DNA of 63,535 nt, counting the filler, from Globobulimina sp. (lineage: Eukaryota), in NCBI GenBank assembly GCA_003354225.1. It is 23 parts of 23 records of this genome, joined end to end, with 100 filler letters (N's around TTAATTAATTAA, not from the genome) between each part and the next. Parts side by side here need not be neighbours in the genome. Positions count along the whole stretch, not along the records: positions 38,743 to 41,409 come from PIVH01005453.1; positions 41,510 to 44,175 come from PIVH01005454.1; positions 44,276 to 46,941 come from PIVH01005455.1; positions 47,042 to 49,707 come from PIVH01005456.1; positions 49,808 to 52,473 come from PIVH01005457.1; 18 more parts are not named here. One strand, 5' to 3'. The translations under genes were made by a program, and so were the position numbers. Below, in pieces: positions 38,931 through 52,573 of the stretch. The notes under the pieces are model-generated. The model was not told the DNA's origin, made no database searches, and saw only the letters and a list, made by a program, of their open reading frames with translations. The stretch's first letter is position 1. Each line of letters opens with the position of its first letter.

Positions 38931-41409
38931 ATGGCAGCCAAAAAATTAGCTGCAATGTTTGAGAATAAGGAGCAAGAAGCAAAGGATTTTAACACTAAAA
39001 ACGTAGTGCAAAATTCATCCGCAGCAAAACCAGTAATTCTGAAAGAAAGAGTTGATGCCTCCGCCTCGCCATATTATCAACGAATGCTAAAACAACAACA
39101 AAAAAAACAAGCACAAGACGCTAAATATCAGCCACACCACAAACAAAATAATGATGCCACCGATACCAACACTAATTTAAACGATATCACATTTAACAAT
39201 GGAGACCATACAAACTCAAATAATGGGTTACCAACAGCGCAGTCTATAAATGCCACCACAAACGCACCAAAAACAAACAATGCATCAGGTTCCATTCCAT
39301 TCCATTGCAAAGTAAATGCGTTTTTGCGTCTCATATACGAACAATATGCAACATTTTCAGTTCAATTTATTACCACATTCCAGTGGAAATATTTCAGTTT
39401 GAAACTGAAAATGTTTGACGGTGGAATTTTATTTTTGACATATTCCAATGTATAACTTTTCAGTTTGAAACTGATTTATTTTTTACACATTATACAGAGA
39501 TTGAAAGAATGCGTCAATTTGAGGAGGATAAGCAAAGGCAAATAGAACAGGATAAAAAAAGGCAGCTTGAAATTGAACAAAGTGCAGCCAAACAAGCGCA
39601 ACAAAGCAAAAATGAGTGGGAAATGAGAATTGCAGAGCAACAGAAAGAGAAAGAAGAAGCAGAGAGACAGCGGAAATCGAAAGAGGCCAAAAATGAACAG
39701 TTAAGTAACTGAAAAACTTTTGAGTCACAATCATGTCATGACTGCACAGAGAGCGACAGCAGAAGTCCAAAGAAGACAGAGATAGAAAAGCAAAACAAGC
39801 TGAAGCTGAAAGATTACGCAAATTAAAAGAAGAGCAAGAGTTCTGTCACTAGTTTCAGTTTGAAACTGAAAATATATGAATGCAAAAGTTTCAATTTGAA
39901 GTTGAAAATGTATCCCATTTTTAGTTTAATTTGAAACTGAAATATATGACAAATCCGTATTTTCAGTTTGAAACTAACTGAAAATAATACTTATATCACA
40001 GACGTAAATTAAAAGCTGAAGCTGAAGCAGACAGACAACGACAGCAAAAATTGAAAGAAGAGCAAGACAGAAAAGCAAAACAAGCGGAAGCTGAAAGATT
40101 ACGTAAATTAAATCAAGAACAAGAGTTTAGTGATATGACTGGCCAAATGTTCTCGGAATATCCTAGACCAATTTTATTGTACTTGAAACTGAAAATTATT
40201 GTTATATCACAGGCGAAAATTGAGAGAAGAAGAAGAGCGAAAGAGACAGGAATATGAAGCTGAGAGACAGCGGAAATTGAAAGAAGAGCAAGACAGAAAA
40301 GCAAAACAAGCGGACGCTGAAAGATTACGTAAATTAAAGGAAGAACAGGAGTTTAGTAATATGACTGAGCAAATTTCTAGTTTCAAACTGAAAAATATTG
40401 TTATATCATAGGCGTAAATCGAGGGAGGAACAGGAACGAAAAAAACAGGAATATGAAGCAGATAGACAGCGGAAATTGAAGGAAGCGAAAGATGAACAGT
40501 TAAGTTACTAAGAATGTTTTCAGTGGAAAATGTTGAGTGCAACGCATGTCATGTCATGACATTTCAGAGAGCGACAGCAAACATTGAAAGACGAGCAAGA
40601 GAAACAAAGAAAGTTGAAAGAGGAACAAGATAGAAAAGCAAAGCAAGCTGAAACTGAAAGATTGCATAAATTAAAAGAAGAGCAAGAGTTCAGTTTGAAA
40701 ATGAAAATATATCCCATTGAATGAAAAAATTTCAGTTTCAAAACCGAAAAAAATATACCGTCACTATTTTTAGTTTGAAACTGAAAATATTACAAACTGC
40801 AAAATCCAGTTTCAAACTGAAAATATTTTCCATGACAGACGCAAATCGCAAGAAGAAGAGAGGAAAAAACAAGAATTAGAAACTGAGAGATTGCGAAAAT
40901 TAAAAGAAGAATCTGATAAAAAGGAAAAAGAAAAACGCATTGAATCTGATCAGCAAATACTTGAACAACAACGCCAAAAACAACAAGAAAGAGAGCGAAA
41001 ATTAGAAGAATCCCGTCGCAAATTAGAAGAAAGGAAAAAATCCCAACAAGCACAGAAACTGCAACAAGAACAAAAACCAAAACCAAAAGTAACAAATCCG
41101 CCGCAACCCACAAACAACACTCCTCCGCAAACTGCATTAATTCAAACCATTTTTAAAAATGACAACGACATCAAACCCACAACAAAACGAAAGTCAGTGA
41201 CCACTACAAAGCCTACAAACTCGCTCAAAAACCGCACAAAGTCCGGAAAATCTGCAAAATCCGATACCATAAATTCGCTCAAAAAACACCGAAAATCTGC
41301 CAAATCCGACACCTCTGCAAAATCCGCAAAGTCCGATAAATCCGAAAAGTCCGAATCAAAAACCATGGAATGGTCCGACGGTGACACATCGAGCAAATCT
41401 AAAAAAGGC
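38931..41409 (+). CDS. Charged coiled-coil (E/R/K/Q) protein built from duplicated exons, about 7 introns
   Basis: Recurrent exon text KEEQDRKAKQAEAERLRKLKEEQ bounded by GT..(C/T)AG. Confidence 0.75.
39392..40823. repeat. Dispersed 19-bp palindrome TTTCAGTTT(G/C)AAACTGAAA, about 11 perfect or degenerate intronic copies
   Basis: Perfect copies at 39392-39410 and 39853-39871; degenerate copies near 39458, 39889, 39925, 39961, 40180, 40374, 40689, 40730, 40768, 40805. Confidence 0.85.
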
Positions 41410-41509
41410 NNNNNNNNNNNNNNNNNNNNNNNNNNNNNNNNNNNNNNNNNNNNTTAATTAATTAANNNNNNNNNNNNNNNNNNNNNNNNNNNNNNNNNNN
41501 NNNNNNNNN

Positions 41510-43311
41510 GTCAAAGTATATCATGTCGATGAGTCCTTCTTCATTTAAGTCCTTGTATTCATTCTCTTCCCATTTTTGTTCTATTTCAAAATCATTGTGC
41601 ATTTGTTCCTTTGTTTCTGTATCAATCATTGATATTTCATTTTGTTTTTTCTCAGGTTTGTGTGGATGGAAAATTATGGAATTATTCATATCATTTTGCA
41701 GCATATTATGAACATTATTTATTTCGTTTATGTTTTCATTGGTTTCTATGGGTGGATCAGTTATGTCAGAACATATATTCTCATAATGCTTTCTGAGTGC
41801 TATGTTTTTGGGGGTTATTTCACCTTTATACATTAGGTAGGGTTCGTCAACAGTGTATTCATTGCGTTTGAAATGGTTTTTATACTGTTTCAATTTTTGG
41901 GAATTGTTCAGAGACTTAAATTTCTCCGCACTTTTCATTATATTCTCATTGCGGATCTCACGTGCTGAAATCTCCGTTTGTTTGAAATTATGCTCTGTTT
42001 GGTTGCATTATTTATGTTTTGGATATTTGTGAAAGTCCAATTGTTCATTGTCTCCATATTATATAGGCCAAATGCTTTGATCGTGGCGAGGATCATGGTA
42101 TAGTACGTTGCATATGTGGTCATTTTGGAGATGTATTTGCTTTCGTATCTATTTTGTGCAATTGGTGTATTTTTGCTGGAAAATTTGTGAATGTAATGAT
42201 ATCGTTTTGTGAGTATATGCTTATGTATTTGTATCAACTGTTTATTGGGCTGCTGAGTGCGGAAATTATAGTGCGCTTCTGCTGCTTTGTATTTGCAATG
42301 GACATTATTTATGGAGAGCACAATTGGTCGATGATCATAGTATACTGGGTGCGTTTCGATTTTCATACCGTGTATGGCATTATCATCATTTGTGAGGACA
42401 TAATCCACTATTGATCCTTTATTGTTTGTGTCTGTACCAAACGAGGTTGATATTCCATTGGTCCATTTACTATTTGCAACTGAGATATTTGTGGAATCTA
42501 TTAATTGTTCCATGATGGTACAGTATCTGTTTTTGACTGGTACTCCATCTTTGTTTTTATCCCCTGTTCTGTCGCCAGTTCGCGCATTGAAGTCCCCAAT
42601 TATTAGCATATCAGAGCAGTTATTTTTGTAGTTATTTATTGTATTTCCGAGTTTTTTATAGATCCGTTTCGTTTTCTCAAACGTATCATCATGGTACTGC
42701 CGTACATAGTTTATGGAGAGATAAATCGGTTTGTCATTCTCTTTTTCAATTTCAAACCACATTCCATCATATCCCTTTGATTTTGCCTTCAATTGTATTT
42801 TCGTTTTCAGTTTCCTGTTTTTGTAAACAATTATTCCTCCCACATAATTGTCCTTACCTACTGGTGCTTTGTGGCCAATCAATTCAAATCCATTGAGGTT
42901 CCATTTTGGTCTATCCTTCATGCCTGTGTCAACAAATGCTATTATGTCCAAGTGTTGGTTATTTCTCAAAAGTTGGTGGATCCATGGATGGCTATGATTT
43001 ATGACCGTTTTACATTTACTTTTTATGTTTAGAAATGCTATTTTCATTTTTTTAAGGGTCATTATTGTGGCTGTGTGTGGATATTTCTTTGGTGCAAAAA
43101 TTTGGAGGAAGGGGAATTGTTGGATGAGATGTGGGATATCTTTTTTACTAAAGTCTTTCATTATTTTTTTGAAAAGATATTCCTTTCTGTCATACAGGTC
43201 TGTGTTGTCTATGTAATATTTGTTTGTTGCATACATGAACAGGTTATTCAGCGCTATTATTGCATTGTTCTTCAATGTGGAAATGAATAAATTACTATTA
43301 CGTTTGTGCAA
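41510..43311 (-). mobile_element. APE-endonuclease-encoding (non-LTR/LINE-like) element fragment, with deletion/frameshift near 41985
   Basis: IAFLNI, DIIAFVDT, GGIIVY, IIGDFNARTG, SIVDYVL, DHRPI; RT not reached. Confidence 0.8.
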
Positions 43312-44275
43312 TGTTTGTCAGTGGGAAACAGTTTTTTATTGATTTATCTTACACATAAATTTAACGATTTTCAACATTCACACAATGGCAAACAAGTACA
43401 AAAGCAGATACCGTTCAATGTAAAATTACAAAGGATCAATAACACTCGTAAACAACCTTCAAACATCAAACAAATTTCCATCACATTTTTGGTTCTGTAA
43501 TAATTATTTTCGATATAATTTGATTGATTGGTTCCATATACATGTATTTCCCCCTTTATATTATAATAGAAATACTATTTGCTAGCACAATACTAGTTCT
43601 GTACTAGCACTGGGCTTACCAAGTTATGTAACTGGGAACTTAAATGCAAAAAGATTACTGTTACTTTCAATTTCAAAACTTGATTGGCACGGAAGAGCAG
43701 TCTAGGTACGTGCACGCCTGTAGCCAAAGGACCCATCTGAAAGAGGGTCAAATCCACTTGGCAAAGTTTTCTAGAAACAAAACAATGACTTTAAAGGAGT
43801 AGCAAATATATAATGTGAGATGTGATATGATCAAACTTTAATTGGATTTTTTTAGATTGTTTGGTGAAAACACCACGTGTATTTTAAATTCCGATAGTTT
43901 GTGTCTGGGAACGATTTGTAAATCAATTAAATTCAATTTAGAACATATCAACGCGGTTGCTGATGCTTTTTAGTTTTGAGTCTTTTGACAGGCATATTTT
44001 GCTCACTTTTTTGGAAGAAAATGTCACTTTGATCCTCAACATTCCAATATTCACGCTTACTGATTTTGGTTGAATACAAAATGAGCACCATCTTTGTAAA
44101 TTATATCCATACATATTTCCTAAAACAATAATATCTTTTTCTAAATTGACATCATTGACCATAAATGGATCCAACNNNNNNNNNNNNNNNNNNNNNNNNN
44201 NNNNNNNNNNNNNNNNNNNTTAATTAATTAANNNNNNNNNNNNNNNNNNNNNNNNNNNNNNNNNNNNNNNNNNNN

Positions 44276-44567
44276 GTGCGAAAACACCTGCGCCGTTGTT
44301 GTCATTTTTGGCAATGCATGTTTCTGCGCTGAGGGTGTTGGGATTTATGAAACTTCCTTCAAACTGATCGTCTCCGACATCTTTGGTTTCATAACCACAC
44401 GACACCAATGTGGGATAGTTGGCATTGTCACATTGTTGGGCTGCAACATCTCCATCTCCAACCCCAGACACATATGATTTTAAGGTTATACATTTAGGCA
44501 CAGAATTACTGGATACATTTTGTATATGATACAATATGAACAACTTGAACAGGACGAAAGTACGCAT
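44276..44567 (-). CDS. Secreted Cys-rich protein (PCSK9-C/resistin-like module), truncated
   Basis: Signal peptide; C..LVSCGY..EGSF..CIAKN..GVFA. Confidence 0.5.
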
Positions 44568-44614
44568 GATCCTTCAGTGACGAAACAATTTTTCAGTCGA
44601 AAAGCATTTTAATC

Positions 44615-46941
44615 ATGGATCCAACAAATCCTTTTGCTGGATTGCCACCTCCTGAATGGAGTGATGATGATAATGATAATGCACAATCACCTGATTCTCC
44701 TCGACCTCAGCTTGAACCAACCAATCCATTTTTTAGTAATAATCCACAACCTCAACAACAAACTCCTGGTGGTCCTCAATCACCATCAAATCCACTTTTT
44801 ACTGAACAACAAACCGCAATCCAGAAATTCAAACAGCAGCAAGCTGTACAAGAACAACAAGAATATCAACAGCAATACGCTCAGCAACAAGTATATGCCC
44901 AACAACAAACTGCTATGCAACAACATAACCAAGCAATGCAACAGCAATATTACAGAATGCATCCGATGCAACAAATGCAACACTCGATGCATAACATAAA
45001 TGTAATGCGTCAACAACAACAATCTCTAAATCTAAATGCAAGGAATATATCCAAACAAGCGTCATTTCACCAACAATATAGTCCAACAAATCCATTCTAC
45101 GCTCAACAACAACAATATTACAATCAGCAACCTGCACCGTTATCGCCCCACACCCAACAAACAAGAAACGATCAATTAAACGCATTCAAGCAATCTTTTA
45201 AACCGTCGCCAGACGAAAAAAAGGAAGAAGAAACCTCTGAGGAGAAGGCAGACGCAAAACGGCAAAGAAATCGTGTCCGAGCCGTGGATGAATTAATATC
45301 GACTGAGAAGACCTACACCACCAAATTACAAATGTTGAATGATTTATATGTGACTCCCATGAACAAAGGAGAAAAACATCACAAACTGTTAAAAAAAGGC
45401 CACCATCATTCCATTCTATTCCCCGTGGTCTTGCACACCATTCTAGCTTTAAACAAAAAATTATTAAACAGCATGGAAGCAAATACAAACGAGATTGGCA
45501 AAGCTATGATCGATTTTATTCCCTATCTCAAAATGTACCAAAATTACATGAACAACCACGAAGCGGCCAGCAGATTGATTAAACAATACAGAAACGAGAA
45601 AAACAGCGAATTTTCAAAATATTTGCTCTCCATTGAGTTGGAACAGAGTGGTTTTACATTGGAGTCCTATTTGATTTTACCCATTCAACGCATGCCGAGA
45701 TATGAATTATGTCTGAAGGAAATTATCAAATTGACCAAGGACGGACATAACGACAAAGCGAATCTGATTAAATGTTATGACTCTGTCTCTGCTGTGAATA
45801 AACAAATCAATATGCGGCTGAAAGACTATTCGACGCGACAAAGGGTCAAAGAGTTGGAAATGCGCATAATTAACTTAGAAATGAATGAGAAGACACTCAA
45901 TATATTCAATAAACTAAACAAACACCGTCGGAACAGTGCAGAACTACACATTGAACGCACTCGTTTGGTGACGCCGTCGCGTATATTCATCAAAGAAGGA
46001 TATTTAACCAAAGTGTCGAGGAAGAAGGAAATCAAATATCTGTTCGTGTTGTTTAATGATTTGCTAATCTATTGTTCCGAGACTGTGAATGACAAATTAA
46101 TATTGCATCAGAAGATTGATATAACGGACGAATTCTTCCGCATTGAAACTGCCGTGGTATTGGATGACGATATCGATTACGACGACGTGCAGGCGGATAA
46201 CAAGAAAAACACCGACAAATCGCGCGGGAATACCTTTGAGATTCATAGCATTGAAAAATCGTTTTTGTGCTATAGCGAGAATAACAAACAGCGCGAGGAA
46301 TGGATCCAAGCCATTGAACGCTGTCTGACTAACATAGCAAAGTCTGGCATTGAACAGTGCAAAAGCAAAAATAATTTGTCCGTGCAGGAGAACAGCAGCG
46401 ATATGGCACGCTTTAATTCTGCGCCCGTCTCCACCGGATCGGGCAGGTTCGACAGGATGATGATGGCTGCGAGTCAGCCGAGTGCGGTGGACGCGGTCGA
46501 AGACGAAGGACGCATATTGGAGACGGCGCCGATGTGGGTACCTAACGACTGGAGCGATGAATGTATGAAAGTATCTGTGTATTAAAAGCAAATTAAACGA
46601 TATATATGTTGTTTTTTAACAATAGGTATGATGCCGGATTGCGAGAATAAGTTTAGTATACTGAAGAAACGCAACCATTGCCGGTATTGCGGCAAGTTAG
46701 TCTGTAACCAATGTTGCACGAATACGTTGCCACATTACGAGCCGAAGCAGAGGAACTCCGGAGTGCACGTCAAAGTGTGTAAGTTCTGCCATGATAAGTA
46801 TAAAGTAAAGCCGTTGATGAATATGGAACAGTTGCATTCAGCGGGAAAGAGTATCAATGGCCGGGTATCGAAGCACATTGAGGAGGAGGAGGAGGAGAGC
46901 AAAAGTAACTCATCGCAGGAACGGACTGGTTTTTATGATAA
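44615..46941 (+). CDS. FGD-like RhoGEF (DH-PH-FYVE), intron near 46571-46625
   Basis: ELISTEKTY, YLILPIQRMPRY (DH); FIKEGYL..LFNDLL (PH); WVPND..C, KRNHCRYCGKLVC..VC (FYVE). Confidence 0.93.
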
Positions 46942-47041
46942 NNNNNNNNNNNNNNNNNNNNNNNNNNNNNNNNNNNNNNNNNNNNTTAATTAATTAANNN
47001 NNNNNNNNNNNNNNNNNNNNNNNNNNNNNNNNNNNNNNNNN

Positions 47042-47829
47042 ACGTGCACTCGCCGTACGATCAACAGATAAATAGACCGGAGTTGAGCGACGAGAACGGG
47101 ATAAATGGCGGCCATTCCACGCAATCTTCGCGAAATTACTCATTGAAATCCAAACGCAGCCATAGGTCCTCGTCCTCCTCGCGAGCGTCGAAGCGAAACA
47201 GTACGCACAATAACGGCAATAACATACGGCGCAAATCTAAAAATAATAAACGACATCGCAAGCACCATCACCACAAAAATAAAAAAGGCGGCACATCCTC
47301 GTCGTCCTCGTCAACGTCGCATTCACACTCAAATGAGAACGAACAAAGAGACACAGATTCAACCTCACATTCATCGTCGCACAGAGAGCGCCGAGCGAGT
47401 AAAGGCAAAAAAAAATATCAACAGCAGGCACTACAACAACAGCAACAGCAGCCGATGTATTATATAAATAATAATGGACAGCCACAGCCTGCACAATTTA
47501 TGGGTTACCATCCGCATCCGGCACAAATTGTAAATACTGCGGGACATTTGCAACACTCGCATTCCATGTCGCATTTGCCACAAATGATGCCGTCGCCGCA
47601 TGGCTTTGAGTCTGCGCAGCAATATCAACAGATAAATTATAATAGGAACCAGACGCCGATGCACGGCTCGTCGGTGAGTGTGGGCGCCATTGATTTCCCG
47701 ATGAATGCAAATATGTTTCAGACGCAGGCCTCGCCGCATCCGCATCCACCGCAATACATTCAACACACACCGACTATGCAACAAATGCACCAAATGGCCA
47801 CTTCTCCGCATCCGCAATGGCCACAGTGA
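47042..47829 (+). CDS. Low-complexity S/H/Q-rich protein, C-terminal part
   Basis: Open frame from the contig start. Confidence 0.5.
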
Positions 47830-48409
47830 GTATATAGATTTTTTGTTTTTCTTTCTTTTTTTCTTTTTTCTTTTTTCTTTTTTCTTAAACGAGTAACTAA
47901 TTTTGTTTTTTCATTCAATTCATTATTTTTCCATTTTTTTGGTTGAGTTTAATATATTTAATGAGTTAATGAACAAATCAGATTCTTTTCAAGTGTTTTT
48001 ATCATTATATTTTATTAATTGTTGCTATTTTCTGCATTGTTTTTGTGTTGCTTTACTTTGAATAACTAATTAATTTCTCGCACAATCTTGTCGCAATATT
48101 ACCATTTCTATTCCATCGTCGTGCAAAGTCACACTCTTCCGTCAATATTGACTTTTATCAGAGGTGATTCAAAGCTTTGGATATAGCTTAGAAGTTAGAA
48201 GTATGAGACCTTTACTTTTCAAATATCAATACGTGTTATGTGCATCATTAACAAATAGTAATAAAACAGTTTGGTCAGAACACTTTGGTCAGAAATTAAT
48301 ATTTTCTGAATTCAGAAAACGATCAGATGTAATGGTCAGATAAGTCAGTAAATCTTTTTATAAGTCAGAATTTGAAAATGCAGCCTTGTATGTACTGTAC
48401 ATCATAAAA

Positions 48410-49707
48410 TCAATCACCAAATTGCAGGTATTGATTTGTACCGTCAATATTGATATCTATTATATCATGATCACCACTAAAATTGACAACATTATTTTGT
48501 TCCATTTCATTATCATTAGTTTTATCTACGATTTCAATTTCATTTTCTTTTATTTTTTCCTTTTTTTTTACTTTTTTTGATACATTTGTGTGTGATACAT
48601 TTGTGTTTGTATTCTGTGATTTACGTGTATTTCCACCACCAATTCCTGTAATGCCACCACTTTGTTTCCCCATTCTCCGTTTTTTAGTCATTTTATGGTG
48701 TTTTGTTTTTTGTGGATATGTTTTACTTCTGGGCAAAATTGCATTTTCTTGCGAATCACTCATTGCTCCTGAATTTGATTTGTTTTTTGAATCCATATCG
48801 CAATCAGAATTATCAGAATTATCATTATTATAAAATTGATGAATACTTTCTTGCGTTAATTCAATATTATTTGCTGGAGTATATTCAAATAATATTTTAT
48901 CATTCCGTTCAACTGAATCCTCAGAAAATAATGATAAGAATTTACTGTTTTTTCGTTTTCTATCATTTAAATTGATTGATAGTTTGCGTTGATTAATATT
49001 TTTTCTTTCTTCTCTCTTATCATTATATTTATATAATTTCATACATTTGTTTATTTCTTCATTCATTGCTTTCCAATTTTTAGGATGTTCCACCGCTAAT
49101 ACTTCCTGCAAATCTATTTTGGACAATGAATAAAACTCACTCCATGTCTCACAATACAATGTTCCATTTCTTTTACCTTTCACAAATCCAATATGACCAA
49201 AAATATCACCACGTTGCAACTCAGTACGCGTTCCAATGTCAGGCAAATCCTCCAATGGCATCAATAATGTTTCATCAATGCCGGTATGATCACTGTTATC
49301 CGGAATTATCAAACACGAACTCCCAGTTCTTTGAATATAAAATTCTTTGGCTATATCACCATGGTTATAAAGCGTACATCCTTTATTCATTGAAAACTGT
49401 TTCAATTTAAGCGCTAATAAACCTTTTGTTGTATTTGGCAAACTATCGAATGCTTTAAATGTTTTAAATACTTTGTTGCCATAATATGACAATATCTCAT
49501 ACTGCAGACCAAACGGCAGCGATTGTAATATTTCCAAATCATCATAAACAAAATTGCGTTTCCAAAAATATGACGTATGCGTCATAACAGCTCGCGATAG
49601 ACTCGCTGGCAAATGCTTAGCTGCACAAAATGCTTGCGCTTCTTCGAATTTTTGTTCACGAATACTGCGTATTCTGTCACCTTCGGCAACTAAAGACCCC
49701 ACAGCCC
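48410..49707 (-). CDS. Cyclic-nucleotide-binding-domain ion channel (CNG/HCN/EAG-like), C-linker + CNBD + tail
   Basis: AVGSLV, LPASLS, ILQSLPFGLQYEI, GDIAKEFY, RGDIFGH, YSLSKIDL. Confidence 0.85.
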
Positions 49708-49907
49708 NNNNNNNNNNNNNNNNNNNNNNNNNNNNNNNNNNNNNNNNNNNNTTAATTAATTAANNNNNNNNNNNNNNNNNNNNNNNNNNNNNNNNNNNNN
49801 NNNNNNNTGCAACAAAAAAAAAACATAGTTATATGACACACAAAAAATAATTGAGAGAAAAAAAAGCAGTTACAATATATATTCGTTATACAATATAAAA
49901 ATTACAA

Positions 49908-52473
49908 TCATTGAACTTTTTTATGTGAATGTCGTGAAGACTGTCTATACCGTTTATTCCTCGATTTGTGATGATTATTATTATTGTAAACCTCATCACT
50001 AATATGCGAATTGTGATGGTTTACATGTCTATTATGTGAATTGTGCGCATTGTACCCTCGACCTCGACCGCCATCGCCATGCATCTCCTCATACTTCTCG
50101 TACTTCTCGTACTTCTGCGGTATATATTTCCCACTGTTACGATTCGGCAAATAATTATTAATGCTGTGATGCCTCTGTCCATGTGGATGGCCATGGTGTT
50201 GATTATGATAACCGGTCTGTTGCAAATACGGATCACTGTGCATAGACACATTGCTATGATGCGAATGCAAGCTGGCATTGCTATGATGTGAGCTGGGCAT
50301 GGAATAAAACGAATTGCCGCGTCCACCCACACCCAATGCGCCCCCTACACCGCCCACGCCCACATTGCCCATATTCACATCGCTAACGTCCGTCCCCGTA
50401 TACGTCGCAGTAGACGCATTGGATAAATGTGGAAAGTACACAGCATTGCTATGCTCATAAGTGGGGGTGGGCGTCACCGACGATCTATGTCGACTCGGTC
50501 CAGGCCCATTATGCGCACTGTGTGCCCCATGCGAGCGTGGCGCTCCATAATGCCCATAATATCCACTACCATAATGTACCTGCGAATTTGCGATACTCGA
50601 ATGGCGCGATTTGCCATCAGATAACTTCCCATTCGGCGTATGGTGGTTATGGTTGTGGTCATACACTACGGGCTGTGGTTGCGGTACGGGCTCCGGTACC
50701 GGCGGCTCATCGAACGCATATTTAGGCACATTATTGTGCGTATTTGCGGTGCCGCTGCTAAAACGTATACGTTTATCCGTATAATTGCTCTGCGAGCGAT
50801 GTACATGAGACTGTGGCTGCGGTTGTGCTCCGTATTGGTGGTTGGAATTTGGCTGCGTGTGTTGCGGATGCATGGCATGGCCACTATGCGTGTTATAAGG
50901 GTGCGAGCTGCGATGTGTGCTGTTATGTGTCTGCTGATGATGGCGGATATTATGTATGTTATGATGCGAGGCATGGTGCGATACGGCATGTTTCGCGTTG
51001 TTAGCCGTATTGGGCGAGGGTTTGCTGTTGATCGCCGGCGAGGATTTGTGACTCATTTTGTTGCGCAATAAGAGCTCCTTTTGCTTGGCGTGGTAGTCGG
51101 CAATGCGAGATTGCAGATATTCTTCCAAGATCTTGGGACCGTGCGTTCTTTTCTTGCCTTTACTGTTTTTAGCTATTAATATTTTCGCTTTGCTGTCTTT
51201 TAGATTTTCGTCGCTCGTCTTTCTGTCCAGTTCGGCTTCGGTTTTGTTGTGCTTTTTGGGCCATTTCTTGTAGTTAAAATATTCCATTCCTAATAATAAC
51301 CGGCAATGCGCCAAATCGCCGCGGCAATATAAATACGCATCGTTGTTGTGCAACTTTTTCGCGTTATTTGTCTCCTCATTTTGTTTGGCGTCCTGATGCG
51401 CATAAAACAACTCAAAAAACTGTCGATCGGTGCTATAATAATTGCCAATTTTGGCGATTTTCTCAAAACCCAGACTCTCGTATAATAGCTGCGCTTTTTT
51501 GTGATAGTACGGCGCGTAAATCCCAATGCCTTTGTCCCGCGGCGCCTTTTTCTTGTTTTTATTCTTGACGAAATTGGGAATGCTCGAACTCACCGACGGG
51601 GACTGGATTTGAATGGCGCTGTTCTTGGAGTCTTGTATGTTTTGTATGGTTAATTTATTGAGTTTCAAGTATTTGTGCAAACCATTCACATCGATTTGAG
51701 GGAGATAATTCGTTTTCGAATTTGGGTTGATTTTGATGTGCGAGGCACGTAACAGGGCCTCCAACACCTGATACTGCGAAGGAATGTGTTTCATTCTATG
51801 CGTGTCGCAGCAGAGCCAGCCAATCATCCACACACTGTCGGGATATGGCCGACAATTACTATGCGGATAACAGACACTGAAACCAATGACATTGTTGAGG
51901 AATATCTCGCTTTTCTCACTGCGATACGAGTGCAATAACGGCTTGTTTTTGTGTGTATTTGTTTTGAGATTGGTGGTGTTGAGCGAGTAGGACACCGGCA
52001 CGGCTTTGTGCTTGTTTTCGTGCAGGATGGCCACTACGCATTTGATTTCATTGTGCGCCAAGAAGATGGACGGGGAGAGGACGTCGGGCCCGATGTTGAG
52101 GCATTTGATGGCGAGCTCGATGAGGAACTTATAATGGAGATGGAAGTCAAAGGCTTGGATGGAAAATTGGAAGTTGTCCAGGATGAAATAGTCGTTTTTG
52201 TCCAGGGAGAGAGGCGAGGATAAGGCGGAGGCGCTCGCTTCACCCGCTTTGTTTGTAGGTATATTGTTTGTATGTGGATGGCTGTGGGGGTCGCCGCGAG
52301 ATTTGTAAGGGTGGGTTTTCTTGCGGCTGTGTTTGGGTACGAAGGAGATGATGTTGTTGTGTGGACTCATTATATTGCCGTTGTTTTGGGGTACAGTCAC
52401 ATTGACAGTGTTGGTGTAGTGGTTGGCCGGCGACGGTGTGGTGGCACCTGATACTGAACGGATTTTCTTCATC
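49908..52473 (-). CDS. Protein with a divergent GNAT acetyltransferase domain and His/Asn-rich tail, 5' truncated
   Basis: VIGFSVC, WMIGWLC, KKAQLLYESLGFEKIAKIGNYYS, DAYLY. Confidence 0.6.
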
Positions 52474-52573
52474 NNNNNNNNNNNNNNNNNNNNNNNNNNN
52501 NNNNNNNNNNNNNNNNNTTAATTAATTAANNNNNNNNNNNNNNNNNNNNNNNNNNNNNNNNNNNNNNNNNNNN

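Noticed and set aside
50021-52243. Many short overlapping ORFs
   Set aside because: Shadow frames of a GC-richer long ORF; the same applies to antisense ORFs elsewhere
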